A stretch of DNA of 64,000 nucleotides, from the NCBI RefSeq assembly GCF_018977255.1, contig NW_024704748.1, positions 15,004,001 to 15,068,000 of the forward strand, written 5' to 3'. The notes under the pieces were generated by a model. It made no database searches and was not told where the DNA came from. It saw only the letters and a list, made by a program, of their open reading frames with translations. Shown in pieces: positions 39,925-52,965 of this stretch (positions are counted from its first letter, which is position 1; the number at the start of each line of letters is the position of its first letter). Source of the DNA: Callorhinchus milii (Eukaryota). The position numbers and the translations under genes were made by a program.

Positions 39925-42515
39925 ACTTAAAATTTGACTACTGTGGACTGAACTAGTTTGCCATTGTCATGTTTTTTTTCTTTTATTTAAAAAAAAACAG
40001 GATACACAACTGTCGACTCAACACATCATAATGCCAACCAGGAGATAATCCCCATTTTCTGAGTTTTTAAGTATAATTTGAGTTAAATGTTTGTACGATA
40101 ATTCAAATTGTAATGTTACACATGATCCTTTGTTTCATACTAGCTGAAAAATTTACACTTAAATGTATATTGTGCAACAGTCTCAGGATGTGTGCATTGT
40201 TCTTTTTTTGCTCTGCCCCTCTTCTCCCTTCCTCCCCTCTCACCACAGGGTTTTTTTGGTGCTCTTAAATTGTTTGGGAATGTTTATACTCAAAGGCCTT
40301 GTTGCAAACAACGTGCATTAATGAAACAGAACAGTTGTTAACTGGCCACTGATCTAAGTATATGCTGAAAGCATTTTAACCCAACTTGAAAATGGGAGGT
40401 TACAATTGGCCTTAGTTCCTACTCCCTCAACAGTGGGATCCTACTCCAGTTAGGAGGTTAAATACTGCCTGATTTTTTTCCTTCCACACCTCCCTCCTCC
40501 CCCCACTCAATCCCTCACTGGAAAGTGCAGACGTATGGGCATCGTTAACACAAACAGGCTGAGTTGTGATGCTATACAGAGTCGAGCAGCAGCCTGCTGA
40601 CATTTAGTAATGTAAAATAGATCACATGGTTTACCTGCTAGCACTATGTAACTGTATCCCAATAGGAGTCGGCACTTCAGGAGCAACAAAGGGGAGAAAA
40701 TTGACAAAAACATTTTTTTAACCCAAATAGGTTATCATTGTATTAAGAATTTTGTTGACTTTTCACATCTGTTTTTCTTCTTTGCAAGTTAATGTTTGCA
40801 ATTGAAGCCATTCTCAACATATTCTGGGTTGAGATACAGTTCACTACAAAATATGTACCTTGCACCTGTCTGGGTTGGTGAAAATGCTGTCTGATTTATA
40901 AACACAAGTAATTAGTTCAATATCCAGTTATCTTGCTCTCGATTCTCCAGTGATTATAGTTATTGTGTCAATGTGTGGTGCAGGTTAATTGTTACACCAA
41001 AGGTGGATCTTCGAAGACCTTTCAGTGTTACTGCAAATATTGCATCCCTCATTCAAACCTGCCAGTCTAGTTTTGTATGACTAATTAACTGTAAAGTTTA
41101 AAAATTCACTAAAACAAATTTTAAAAACAAATTATTGTGTCATAACTAAATGATGGCCTGGGTTTTTTTAAACCTTAGTAATTTTGAGAGTGAAAAAAAT
41201 TTAGACAACCAATACCCAGGTGGATTGAGTATAATGAAGTAGTTGTTTAAACTTCATGAGTGATTGTAAAGAACAAAGAAAATCTCCAGTTTGTAAACAC
41301 AGGTGGATGGCACAATCAAGAGCTATTCAGTGAATAACAAGTTTGACCCAGAATTTTATTTACTTCTCAGCGACTGAAATATTTGTAAACATTTCTATTG
41401 CACAATTTCTTGCACACTTTTAATTGTAATGAAAGTGTTTCTGATTCATACGGTTGGTTGCTTTTAGCTTTCTTCGTTGTGTGGTTTGATTGTAAAATTA
41501 CCATAGATAATGCAATGTGTTCTACAGATTGATAACAAGCAGCAGATATTCCCCTTACTCCTATTAATTATAGCTAATACAATAGAACAAATGTATTTGG
41601 GAATTCTTATTTTTTCTGTTCACTTCCAAGATTTGCTTATCACAGATTCACAAAAGTCGAATTGAGTAGCATTGTTATTGAATGGGAAAAACGTTTACAG
41701 TAGTCAATCGAAAAGAATGAGTGGTGGTCAGTCAACACTAAGTACTATAGTTATTATTTTGTTTGTGCATCTGAAGGCTTTAGTCACTTGTCAGAATGGT
41801 GGTGTTCTTTCAAACTGCTGAAAGAATGGAGGCATTCTATGTAATAGTTTTGTTTTTCTTTGCTGTGCTTCTACATGGGCCAGGCAGATTTCTCTAGAAA
41901 TAGCACTGCATCCCATTCCCAAGCTCAAATTGTTTTTTTTTGCTCGGTTTGCTCAACCCTAGTGCTCAGCCCCATGGTGGCAAGCCCTTACAGTGATGCA
42001 TTACTTCTTGAAATGGGAGTACAGCAGAAGCCAATTAATGGGAATGTATTTTCAAAAAGTCCATCTTGTACATTTTCAAAATGGTTTGCTTGATAAGGGT
42101 GAGCAGATTACTGGAATGTTTTGCTTATCACAGTTTGATTAGGTGGGGGTACCAATTAAGGAGTTTATATGCCAACTGCATTGTCAGCGGCATCCTATTC
42201 TCCAAAGCATGAATGCAAACTTTTTTTTTATCTCTTCCCCCCCCTCCCTCCCAAGACTTTAGGGCTTCTCACATAAGTTGGTACTGTACCTGCAGTATTA
42301 CTCCCATTATTGCAGTTCTACATGTTTGTAGTCATTATTCTCCACAGTTTTAAAGAGGGTATTGGTGACAAGTTTAGCCTCTCGCCAAATTATTGCCTTC
42401 ACCAATTAATTCTTGTAAAAGCTAGTTCATACCCTCGCTGTCAGTTCATTCTCCATCTAGGAGAAAAATAACCTGCAACATGTATAAATGTATTATAAAT
42501 CATTGCTTTATTTGA

Positions 42516-42521
42516 AATAAA
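42516..42521 (+). terminator. Candidate SAR1A polyadenylation signal
   Basis: AATAAA followed by GT/T-rich sequence, about 2.6 kb after the stop codon and before the TYSND1 promoter. Confidence 0.45.
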
Positions 42522-43504
42522 CATATAATTATATTGGTGTATTGTTTTCATTCCATTCAAGTGCATCCTGCGTAAATAGAAAAGCAATCTTGCCTGGAAA
42601 ATCTCGGCATCTGTTGCATTTCATCGTAACATTTCAGATGCCTTCTGTGCTGTTCATGCTTTCTGCGTTTTGCTAAATTTCCATAGAGAATGTGAAAAGC
42701 TCAGAAAGAAATGCAATTTAGAGAATCTGGGGCAATATTTGCACCGAACTGGTTGAATCCGAGTCTGCAATCCAAAAGCGTAAGCTTGCAATAAATCCCA
42801 AGATAAGGCTTTCGACTATCAAGATCTCTTGGTAGCCAGTTCTCGGTGCCTCCTCTAATAAGGTGTTCTTCACGTCGTGGATGGGAGTTTCCAATTACTT
42901 TTAGCATACTTTATAACTGAGCAATTGTGTTTTGCATCAAGTAAATTCACACCCCAGTCAGTGCCTCTGGAGAAAAATCATTTGGTGTCAAGTGAGTGGT
43001 TTGGTGTAGCAGGGCAGGATGTATTCCCTGTTACAAACAAAAAAAAACCCTTGGACGCTGCTCTGCCCTCACCTGATCAAAACAGAAGCATCTGAAAACA
43101 TATCCCAACCGCTGTGACCACTGTTACAAACTCCTGAGGATAATCAGGTTGCGACAAAAGTACTTGTAGCGACTTCTGAACAGCTGCACATTCAGAAACC
43201 CCCCCTCACCCCCCCCCCCCAAAAAAAATAGGTGGATTAAAAGCCTCCCAGGGACACTGTGGGCTGTTTTGCAATGAACAGGTCCTCCCGCAAGTTCAAG
43301 CCATTCTATTTGTCGCACACGTTACCATTGTGATTTTTAATATATATATATATCTAATACATTGCAATTGATTTAAAGCCACTCCTGGACTGGATCTCCC
43401 TGACACACAAATAACCTGCCATGTGATGTCAGTCACTGTCATCGCTTCCGGGTTAGAGAGAAGTAAATGTGGAGTCGTTGCTCCTCTCCAGCTCTTGGCC
43501 GCGA

Positions 43505-46500
43505 ATGATTGCTCCGGAAGACTGGAGTTGCATCGTCTCTGCCTCTGTGCAGCGCGGCGGTGCGGGTGGAATCGCGCCAGACCCGACTGGTCCTGAGCGC
43601 CCGGTGTCCTGTCCCGGGCAGGATCGCTCGTGCCGGGGCTCTGACCGGGACGGAGCGTGGAGCTGCAGTGGGGTGATCCTGGACCGCAGGCGTGGGGTGG
43701 TCCTGTGTCATGGGCTGATCTTTCTCCCCTTTCTCCAGCAGCCGGACCGCGACCTCACTCGCGGGACGTTCCTCCTGCCCGGGGCATTCCACAAGGATCT
43801 GCGGGTTCAGGTGCAGTTTTCCAGAAACGATTGCAAACCCAAACAGGTTCTTCCAGTTCGGGAGAATGATGCAACCGGACAGGACTTTGATGATCCCGCA
43901 TCGGGTTTCAAGCCCAGTTTGTCTTGGACTGCTGGTCGCCTGACAGATGCACAACTCCCCCATAGCCAGGCTGAGATGCTGATGTTGTGCTCTTGCCCAG
44001 AATTTAGGCAAATCTTCCGAACTTTGTTCAGCAAATTAGACAAGTGGCACTTCTACAGCGAGGAAGAAAAAAGCGAGTGCGGTAAACTTCAAAATGACAG
44101 CCTGGGTTTGGTTTGGTTTGGTGTGTTGCAGTGCCCAGGTTGGCAAGATTGCCCGGGAGGAGATCATCCCCAGTACATTAGTAGCACATCTTTACAGAAA
44201 GGGGAACCTCTATTCACTTGTGCTTCCCCATTTGCCTCTTTCTCTTCCCACATTTTCATGAACACTTTCAGTAAAGGAATAGTGAGTAATCTTGCAGGAG
44301 AAGACAATGCCATGATATTAACTGATGCCCGCTGTCTGCCGGGCACCGAAGGCGGTGGCGTTTATATAAAGTCGAAAGATCTGTATTATTTAGCCGGCTT
44401 AATTGTGGCCCCTCTTTGCTGGAAAGCCAATGAGTGGATTGGGTTGACGTTGGTGTGTTCAGTGGGTTCCATCATCAAGAATATTGGAAGGTTTTTGAAG
44501 GTTTTTGACTACAGTGGTAAGAGAATGTTGCCATTCTGGACAGTGCCTGACTACCTGACTATCCCAGGAAGGCACAGGTTAACTCAATTGCTTAGCACAG
44601 TAGCCCTGCTGGAGAGTGGAAGAGTTTGGGGATCAGGAGTGATTATCAGCCCCAAACTGATTCTTACTTGTCGACATGTGTTAAATGGAGAATCAACTGT
44701 GAAAGTGAAAATACACCCCGACTCAAACAGGTACAGTAATGAAAGTCGATTCTGCTGTGGTTGCACTTTGGTTAAAAGTGTTTAGCCTGTTGCCATCAAT
44801 TTCAACACTGCATTTACTGTTTCATATCTTCTTGTGAAATAGAAGTTCACACTTAAAAGGCCATAGATCATAATAACAATCACACCTCACCACATTGTCA
44901 AAATGATCCAAAGCACTTCACAGGATTTACTTAAGTTTAGTAACTGTGTATTTTGAATTGGTGTCTTGCAAACAGCCATGAATTAAATGACCAATTTTAT
45001 GTGGTAGTCTGTTGTTTCAGGACACATAGAGAACCTCTCTTCTTTCTTCAAATAACATCTGTCTAAACAGACAGACAGATCCTAATTTTAACACCTGATC
45101 TGAAGGACGGCATGTCCTACAATGCAGCACTCCCAAACACTGCAATGGAGTGTCAGGTAGACTATGAACTGAAAGTCCCAATGAAAGGCTTGAACCCATA
45201 ACCTTCCAGGCCAGAGTGCTACCAACTGAACCAAAGTAACATCAGTTCACATGGAACAAGTAGGTGGAAAGTGATCAGAAGAACATTGGCTGATTTGGCT
45301 TTCTACTCCCTCCCATGCCAGCATAGAACGAAAATCAAACCTATGACCTTTTCAGCTAAATGGTTTTATGCTACTTAATGGGTAAATTAACACAATTCAT
45401 TTACACATTAAGCACTGGGGCTTCACTGAATTTGCTAAGAAGAAAGTTTCCTATTTATGCCTACAGGTGCCTTGTGTTGAAGGGAAGAGTCTTGTTTGCT
45501 ACAAAAGATAATTCGGCTTATGATGTGGCAGTGGTGGAACTTGAAGAAGGTCTGTCAGCTGTTGAAACAATTACAGCTGCCTCTGAATTTAATACCGGTA
45601 AGGAAAAAATGTGTATAATGCTAAAATAAATGTAAGAAAAAAACATTTAATGTCCAAAATGAAAAAGATAAATAAGTCTGAACTAAACTTTCCAAATTGT
45701 ATGGATGAAGTGTATACATCTTCATTGCTAAAACATGTAGGTGTCATAAAATATCTACTGTAATAGTATATCTTTAAGCAAGTCTGTACTTGGGTCGTTC
45801 CCTTGATAATAGTGAAATCATGTTTACACCTGATATTTACACAATGTCAGGCATCTTCAAATCTATTTTAATCCATATCACAGAATGGATCTCCACTGTG
45901 TTGCTGACTAACTGCTACAGTGTTGATTCTCCATCTCAACTTCCCACTTGCTTAGCTCCTGATCTCTGCTGGCCTGGTATGAGGAGTTGATGAACCCACA
46001 CTATTTTCCAGAAAAGGGGGGAGCAGATATGAGTAAATCCATGATGGCTATTTTTGTTTTCCAGTTTTGAGTCTGATAACTAATTTGCACCATTATTTGA
46101 TACTCCACTTATATGGCTGGCCCACTCGTGAAAAAAATAAACATGGAAATATGATCCTCCTGTAGAGTGGGCAGCAACAAATATTTGTGCTTTTTGATTA
46201 TTGCTTTTTGATTACTGGGCAACTCTGTTCATACTGTATGGCCTTACTCAAGTCTTGTGCCTTAGTCCAAGTGAACAATATATTTATCGGCCATGGATGT
46301 TAAAATATTTTGTACATTTAAGTGTTCTTGCTTATGAGTAACATTGACACTCTGGCATATCTTTTAGTGGCTAAATATAAAGTGATACAAGGCCCTTGCT
46401 CACTCCTACTCCTGTAAGTGTGCCGACAAGAGGGGAAGTAGAATAAGGAGGGTTTTGCTTTTCAAAATCCAGCAATACTAACATCCAATGGGCATTCCAC

Positions 46501-48608
46501 ACGGACTCAAACCATTAATCGAAACTGCAGAGCAAAGCAGAGAATGACTGAGGTACAGTTAACTTTCTAGTTTAGTTCAAAAGTTTAACTTTAGTTCAAG
46601 ATCCCATTTAATAATTGCCTTTCTGCACTTGACTCCAGATTAAAAAACTATTTCCCACCAAGTGAGAAGCAAGATCCTGCACACCAATGAATGAGATACA
46701 AGGTCTATCTTAATCAATGTGAGATTGTTGGTAACTAATGAGAGACAAAGGCACCCAACTGCATTAGATAAAACTCTTATCTCCTTATTGATATATGGGA
46801 ATCCTGTTTATACAAGCAATGTTTATTTTCTGTTAATGTGTACATTTATTTATGGGACTGAAATGAACTTTAAAATTTGAACATTAGAGAGAAATTGTTT
46901 GAAGGAATGCACTGTTATACACTACAAATTATAAATTGGATTTTAGTTGCAATACATACTTCAAAGGGGAATAGAGATCATTATTGGGGGAATGGGATTT
47001 TCTTCACTTTTTGCAGTATTAAACGCTTTGAGACAGGTCAGATCTTGAGTAAAGTTCCCTCTAATCTGTCCAACAAGATATTTTAACCCTAGATTCAGAG
47101 GAATACCCCTGGATGAGATTGTTAATTTTGTGATCAGTTCTATGTGAAGATATGTGAAGATTCATTTTGGTTTGGTTTAGACTGCAGATTCCAGCTTGAA
47201 AGGGTGGTTTTCTAATCCACGGTGTTTCCCATTTGAACAGAATTTGGGGCTTGATGACTTTTAGAATATTAAGATACTGTGTATTCTCACTGAATAAACA
47301 TTATTGTGTAAAAACTGAAAATAATCATCTATGTGAATAACAAATACAACAAAGTAACATAGTGTGTCTCTGTCAACAGGAGAGGATGTCTACATTGTTG
47401 GTTATGGAGTCTTTGGCCAGCGTTGTAGTGCATCTGTGACTAGTGGTGTTGTGTCTGCTGTAGTTACTGCCGCCAGTCAGCCTGTGATGCTTCAGACAAC
47501 GTGTGCCGTCCACGCTGGAGCCAGTGGTGGACCTATCTTCAGAAAAAACAGCGGTGAATTGCTGGGTGGGTTGTTGCAACATTTTAACTGGTTTGAGATA
47601 CTGGTTTGAGTTTCTAGCTCATTGGCCACATTGAGGTAAAAAAGCTGTGGTTACACAGTATAGAAACCACAATATGAGAGTCCTATCAAACTGATGAAAA
47701 CTTAATACATAACAAGAAATGAATATTTGGGGTGATCGCAACAGGTACAAATGCAAAAGGGCAAAATGACCCCTTCTATCGTTTTCATAACGACGACCCT
47801 ACCATCTTCCAATTATAATATCAAGTGGTTTCTTAAATGCATGCCACATCCTGGCCTCTACTATTGTTTCTGGTCAGTTTCAACCTCCATATAAATAAAG
47901 TGTTCTTTAGATCATGTATTTGACGGTCACAGCAACCACCTGCATTTACCCTTCATAAGGTTATACGTGTAGACTCATGCAAAGAGTATTTACGAGGAGT
48001 GTGACTGTCATTCACATCATCCGTACTCCCTAACAAGTCACTAGCTTCATGAGAGGAGGAGGCAGATCAAACAATTTTGATGATTTAATTTTCTGTCTAT
48101 TAAAAAGCCATGCTTAAGCTGCTGTTGTACCACAGGTTGGTGAGACTCAGGAACTGATTTCCCCCCATTTGGCTGATTTAATGATCTTAGTGTCCAAATT
48201 GCTAAAAATAGGCCAGGTAGTTCTCCACTGGGAGAAATGGAAAACCGGAGGTGAAATCATTTACCAGCTAGCAACGAACAGAAACAGTTTGTTAAAATGA
48301 GGTTTGGCTGATTTTCATTATTCATGCCATTGTCTTTTTGTCTGATCTGAAAGTAACTAATTGTTAAATTTGCTGTATTTTTCCAAACAGGAATTGTATC
48401 CAGCAATGCCCGAAATAACACTGTGGGAGCCAGTTACCCCCATCTGAACTTCAGCATTCCTATCACAGTTCTGCAGCCTCTACTCTCTGTATACACCCAA
48501 AGCAGGGACATCAGTGTCTTTGAGACACTGAACACAGCAAATGATAGATTGCATGCACTATGGAGACTCCAAGGGAGACTTTCAAGTTTACAGAAGAGTA
48601 AATTGTAA
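43505..48608 (+). CDS. TYSND1: Peroxisomal leader peptide-processing protease TYSND1, about 586 aa
   Basis: Exons 43505-44730, 45467-45597, 47380-47565, 48391-48608 (1761 nt, in frame). Trypsin-like triad LTCRH / YDVAV / GASGG; N-terminal DARCLPGTEGG; C-terminal PTS1 SKL. Confidence 0.95.
44870..45235 (-). mobile_element. Old Deu-type SINE relic
   Basis: Degenerate TTTAACACCTGATCTGAAGGAC...CAGCACTCCC...GGAGTGTCAG plus the SINE tail in reverse orientation. Confidence 0.55.
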
Positions 48609-49719
48609 GTGTATGGTGATGCTTCAGATCCAAAAGTTAATACATTTCCTTCATAACCCAAAGATTTTTTTTTGCAAGAAAGTTAAAAGTCAAATTTATT
48701 TTTAAAAATTGTGAATGGCATTATTATTCAGTATCCTGACCAAGAAGTAGAACACAGTAGTGTTAAAAGCAGCACTTTTAAGAGTTAAGTTCTGGAGTAA
48801 AGTATTAGGTTTCAGGTGATTATGCTTTACCTGACCTACTTGCCCTGCAGATCTCTCCCAGATGCTCCTCTGATCTTTCTGATAGAAATAGGAGTAGGGG
48901 TGACAGGTGCTTAAGATAGGATCTAAAAGTGATCTTTGCTGAATATATTGACTGTTTCAAAGTGCTTATTAAGTTTTTTAAATGTGTTAAATTTATGTTA
49001 TTAAATCTTTGTCCCTTGCTCTCATCCATGCTTATTTAGAATTGGTAGTATTTTTTGTGATCAGATCGTAATTGCAGCTCCGAGCATTCCTCTCCAATCT
49101 TCTCGGACCACATTGGGAATGGGAGGCATCTGAGTTTCTGATCCTCTGGTACTCTTTCATCAAAAATATTTTCCTAGGTGACATTTGTTAAGTCTTTCTC
49201 TGTAAAAGAATTACTAACTTAGGCCTTGCAGAGTGTTAATTAAAAATATATTTTTTAAAAAGTCCTGGAATATCAGAATATTTATGAGTGTTCTTTTAGC
49301 CTGATTTATAAGTACGGTGGTGCAACGTATTGGATGAGGCTCCAAAATAGAGTGGTAAGTACCTGTAAATTTTCCACACTACGCCACATTGGGAATAGGT
49401 CTATACTTCCACACATATTTAGGTTCTCCTAAGACACATACTATTTGGTAGACAAGGTCAAGCATTTAACCTGCTCAAAGCCTGTTAGTAACTGCAAGTA
49501 ACTTGATGTTGGTGGATGCAGATTTTGGGATGATGCTGGGATCTGTAGAGCTCCCCATTTCTGCCAACTCTTGGACCAGACATATAAATCCCTTCATACC
49601 CTAGCACCTCCCTATCCCTAATCTGCTATCTCACTCTTCTGCTTGCAGGCTGCATTGAGTTTTACTTTTTTTTCTCTTCAGGGGCTGAGCTCCCCTAATC
49701 CCATCCTATTCAAGATATC

Positions 49720-50101
49720 AATATCTCCCACAAAACACACACTTTATATTCTGTGAAGCACTTTTTATAGACGTCTCAACAAGATAAGGAGCTATATCAA
49801 AAGCAAGGATTAGCACTCGCCTCACAAGTAAGAGACCTGGGTTCGATTCCCAGTAGGGTGAAACCTTGGGCAAGTTTTCTTACTCCACATGCCTGAAAAT
49901 AATCCCTCAAGAAAAAAAACAATAATAAATTGATCACCTCAATCCACGACTGTTTGTGGGACACTGCTGTGCGCATTTGACTGCCGTGTTTCGCCCACAA
50001 ATATACAATCAATTCACTTTACAATATATTCTGTGAAACGTTTTGAGATGCCTAGAAGATGTGAAAAGCGCTATATCAAATACAAGGATTATTATTATTA
50101 T
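49720..50101 (+). mobile_element. SINE copy (49815-50101) preceded by a tail fragment
   Basis: GCACTCGCCTCACAAGTAAGAGACCTGGGTTCGATTCCC head and (ATT)n tail. Confidence 0.85.
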
Positions 50102-51080
50102 CAACTCTCTCACAGCAAAGGACCAAGCTGAATGGTTTAGGGTACAGGCGAGCAGGAGATGGACCAAGAGACTTGTGTCAGATTGATATTCAGGATTTCT
50201 TACAAAACTAGGGAGGAAATCCTGAAACAAAGACATGTGTTCACCCGCTCATATTTTATTAAATGAAAGGAAGCAAAGCTTTTATAATATAAGTTTTGAA
50301 ATGAACAGAGCAAGCCTAGTTGCTAGATATCATAACCCAACTCAGGTTGACACAATGAAACCGAGCTCAATATGTCTGTCCAGAGATACATTTATGAAAC
50401 CCTCCGCAGCCTTTAGAAACAATTTATCACCAGCAAAGTTTTCTCCCGTGTATACAAAATGTAAAGGCATTTCCGAATGTGAATTTTCTTTTAGAACCAT
50501 TGAAGAAATAACAAAGGCAAGTTACAAAGAGAAACGTTTGGGTTTTTTTTTATTCAGTAAAAATCAGAGTAGAACTTAAAAGTAGGCATGTATATGTATA
50601 TATAAAAAAAAACATGCAGACTTAAAAGGTTCAGAACAATTTCCCCTTAAAAGTAGTCTGCCCTGCAGACCTACAAGGTCCCCATCTAGGAATATCTATG
50701 CTACATGAATCAGAATTAGCACCACTGTCATAGTACAACCCCCTCAAGAGAGCTTGAAAGCTTCAGGCAGAAGCTTATACGTTAAAAGAAAAGATCTCTG
50801 TACAAAGGAACTCTTTGCAATTAGTTATTGCTTCTCTAGAAGTCGATCCTCGTCCCGTGGCCTATTCGGGAGTTTTTTTTTAAAAAAAAACGGGACTGGA
50901 AATGTGCAAAATGTAGACCCCATCACGGGATCAGTCCGTCAGCCCGGGGATTGGGGTAATTTTTTTTCAAAAAAAGTTTGTTCTATAGCTTATCATCGCT
51001 GTCTGTGTCTGTCTGTCTGTCTGTCTGTCTGTTCCAACACGTCGGTTGGGGGAGTGCGGCGGCTGCTGCTCGGGGCTCAC

Positions 51081-51576
51081 TCAGCACTGCTCGATGACCA
51101 GCTCTGTGGGGCTGTACAGTTTCCTCTTAATGATCCTGAATCCCGGGCTCAGGCGCAGTGCTCGCCTGAAGCCCGGAGTGAAGGACGGGCCCGAGGTGAA
51201 GAGGTCCTGGATCTTGGGCCAGAGCCCAGCCTCGAGCCTCAGCACCAGGGTCAGCTCGAAGGTGGGCGACAGGCTGCCGTCCACGGCGAACCGGTCCACG
51301 TTCCTGAACAGCTTGTCGTCCTCCACGTTCAGGTCGATGACGGCCCCCCGCAGGCCGCACGGCTCGCTGGACGCCAACCGGAGCAGGTCCTCGGCCACCC
51401 GGGCCGTGAGCTGGTCGGGGATGAGCAGCTTGAAGCAGCGCAGGGCGCCGCGCTTCGCCTCCATCAGGCTCTGCTCGATCAGCTGCAGCACGTCGGCGCA
51501 CAGCGGCTCCTCGAACGGGTCGTCCACGATCGAGTCCTGGTCACTGCACGAGTCCAGGCTCTCATAGTCTTCACCC

Positions 51577-51615
<39 letters not shown>

Positions 51616-51742
51616 AGTATATATATATATAGAGAGAGAGAGAGAGCATTTAATTTACAGAGTTTCTTGTGCACAACGAGGCGTACGTAGGTGGGGAGGG
51701 AGGGAGGGGATGGGATGGGGAGACTGGGGTTGAGGTTTCAAA

Positions 51743-51792
<50 letters not shown>

Positions 51793-52186
51793 CACACGCG
51801 TTAATTCTTTTTAAAGCAAAAAAAAAGTGGGGAAGAGTGAACAGTGACAGCGCTCGCTCGCTGGGGCGCTATACCCCGAGTCAGGCGCGCTGTAGGCATG
51901 TCAATAGTTTGTTGTTGTTGTTGTTAACAGTATATATATATACACACATATATATATGTATAATCGAGTGGGGGAGAGGATTATAAGGGGGTTTGGACTT
52001 ACCGCTGTCGGTGTCACTCGCGTTGTCGGCACCGGTATCACACACCGATCCCTTGTGCTCCGGCCGGGCTGGAGGGAGGTTGGGATGAGGCACCGAACTC
52101 CCGGTCAGGTCGGCGATTCTCTGCAGCAGTTTACCCCAGGAGGAGGGCAGGGGCGGAGGGGGAGCAACCGCGCGCCCGTTACACAT
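51081..52186 (-). CDS. DDIT4: DNA damage-inducible transcript 4 (REDD1/RTP801), about 223 aa
   Basis: Coding exons 52186-52003 (SWGKLLQRI) and 51568-51081 (SEPCGLRGA, PTFELTLVLRL, LWPKIQ, GFRIIKRKLYS). LWPKIQ and linkage to SAR1A/TYSND1 favour DDIT4 over DDIT4L. Probable non-coding exon 1 with donor at about 52425 and acceptor at 52211. Confidence 0.92.
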
Positions 52187-52479
52187 CTTTCACCGGGGGC
52201 GGGGAGGGAACTGGGGGAGTGTTTGTGGTGGTGGGTGGGGGGGGTTCCTTCTTGGACGGGGAGTACCAGTAATTTTGGAGACTCTGCCGCTGGAAGTGCG
52301 AACTAAACCCAGGCCGAGCCACCGGGAGGGGAGACTGGTTCAGAAAAGTGCGTTGCGACCGACTTGGAAGACGGGTTGAAGGAGTGAGTGAGTGAGTGAG
52401 TGAGTGAGTGAGGCTGCGGCTTGACCTCGGCTCTAAGTGCTGTGCTGTGCCGGTGCTCCGCTACACCCCTCCTCCCTAA

Positions 52480-52645
52480 GTACTTGCGGCGACGCTCACG
52501 CGCGATGCGCGGCTATTTATGGAGCAGAGAGGGGGGCGCGGCGAGAGCGCGGTGATCGCCATATAAGGCGCGACGCTCCCTACATGGAGGGCGACTCGAT
52601 ACACGAGCCGCACCTCCGCCAATCAGGGCAGAGCGCACGTTCGCC
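52480..52645 (-). promoter_or_regulatory. DDIT4 core promoter: TATA-like box, CArG box, CCAAT box, HRE
   Basis: CATAAATAG on minus at about 52513-52521; CCATATAAGG 52559-52568; CCAAT 52619-52623; ACGTG on minus 52636-52640; CpG-rich. Confidence 0.7.
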
Positions 52646-52687
52646 TCGTCCGCTCTCAGCCTCAGCCTCGGGCTCAGGGACAAGGTG

Positions 52688-52965
52688 TCCTCCTCCATCC
52701 CTCCCTCCCCCCCTCCCTCCCTCCATCCATCCCCCCTCCCCCCTCTCCATCCCTCCTCCCTCCCTCCATCCCTCCTCCCCCTCCCTCCATCCATCCATCC
52801 CTCCTCCCCCCCTCCATCCATCCCTCCCTCCCCCCCTCCCTCCCTCCATCCCTCCTCCCCCTCCCTCCATCCATTCCTCCTCCCCCCTCCCCCCTCTCCA
52901 TCCCTCCTCCCCCCCACTCCCTCCTCCCCCCCTCCATCCATCCCTCCCTTCATCCCTCCTCCCTC
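52688..52965. repeat. Polypyrimidine/polypurine (CCTCCCTCCAT-like) low-complexity tract; assembly gap follows at 53051-53184
   Basis: Almost purely C/T with periodic A on the plus strand. Confidence 0.9.

Noticed and set aside
43439-44011. 190-aa minus-strand ORF
   Set aside because: Antisense to GC-rich TYSND1 exon 1 with no recognisable motif.
50754-51632. 292-aa and 173-aa plus-strand ORFs
   Set aside because: Antisense shadows of the GC-rich DDIT4 exon.
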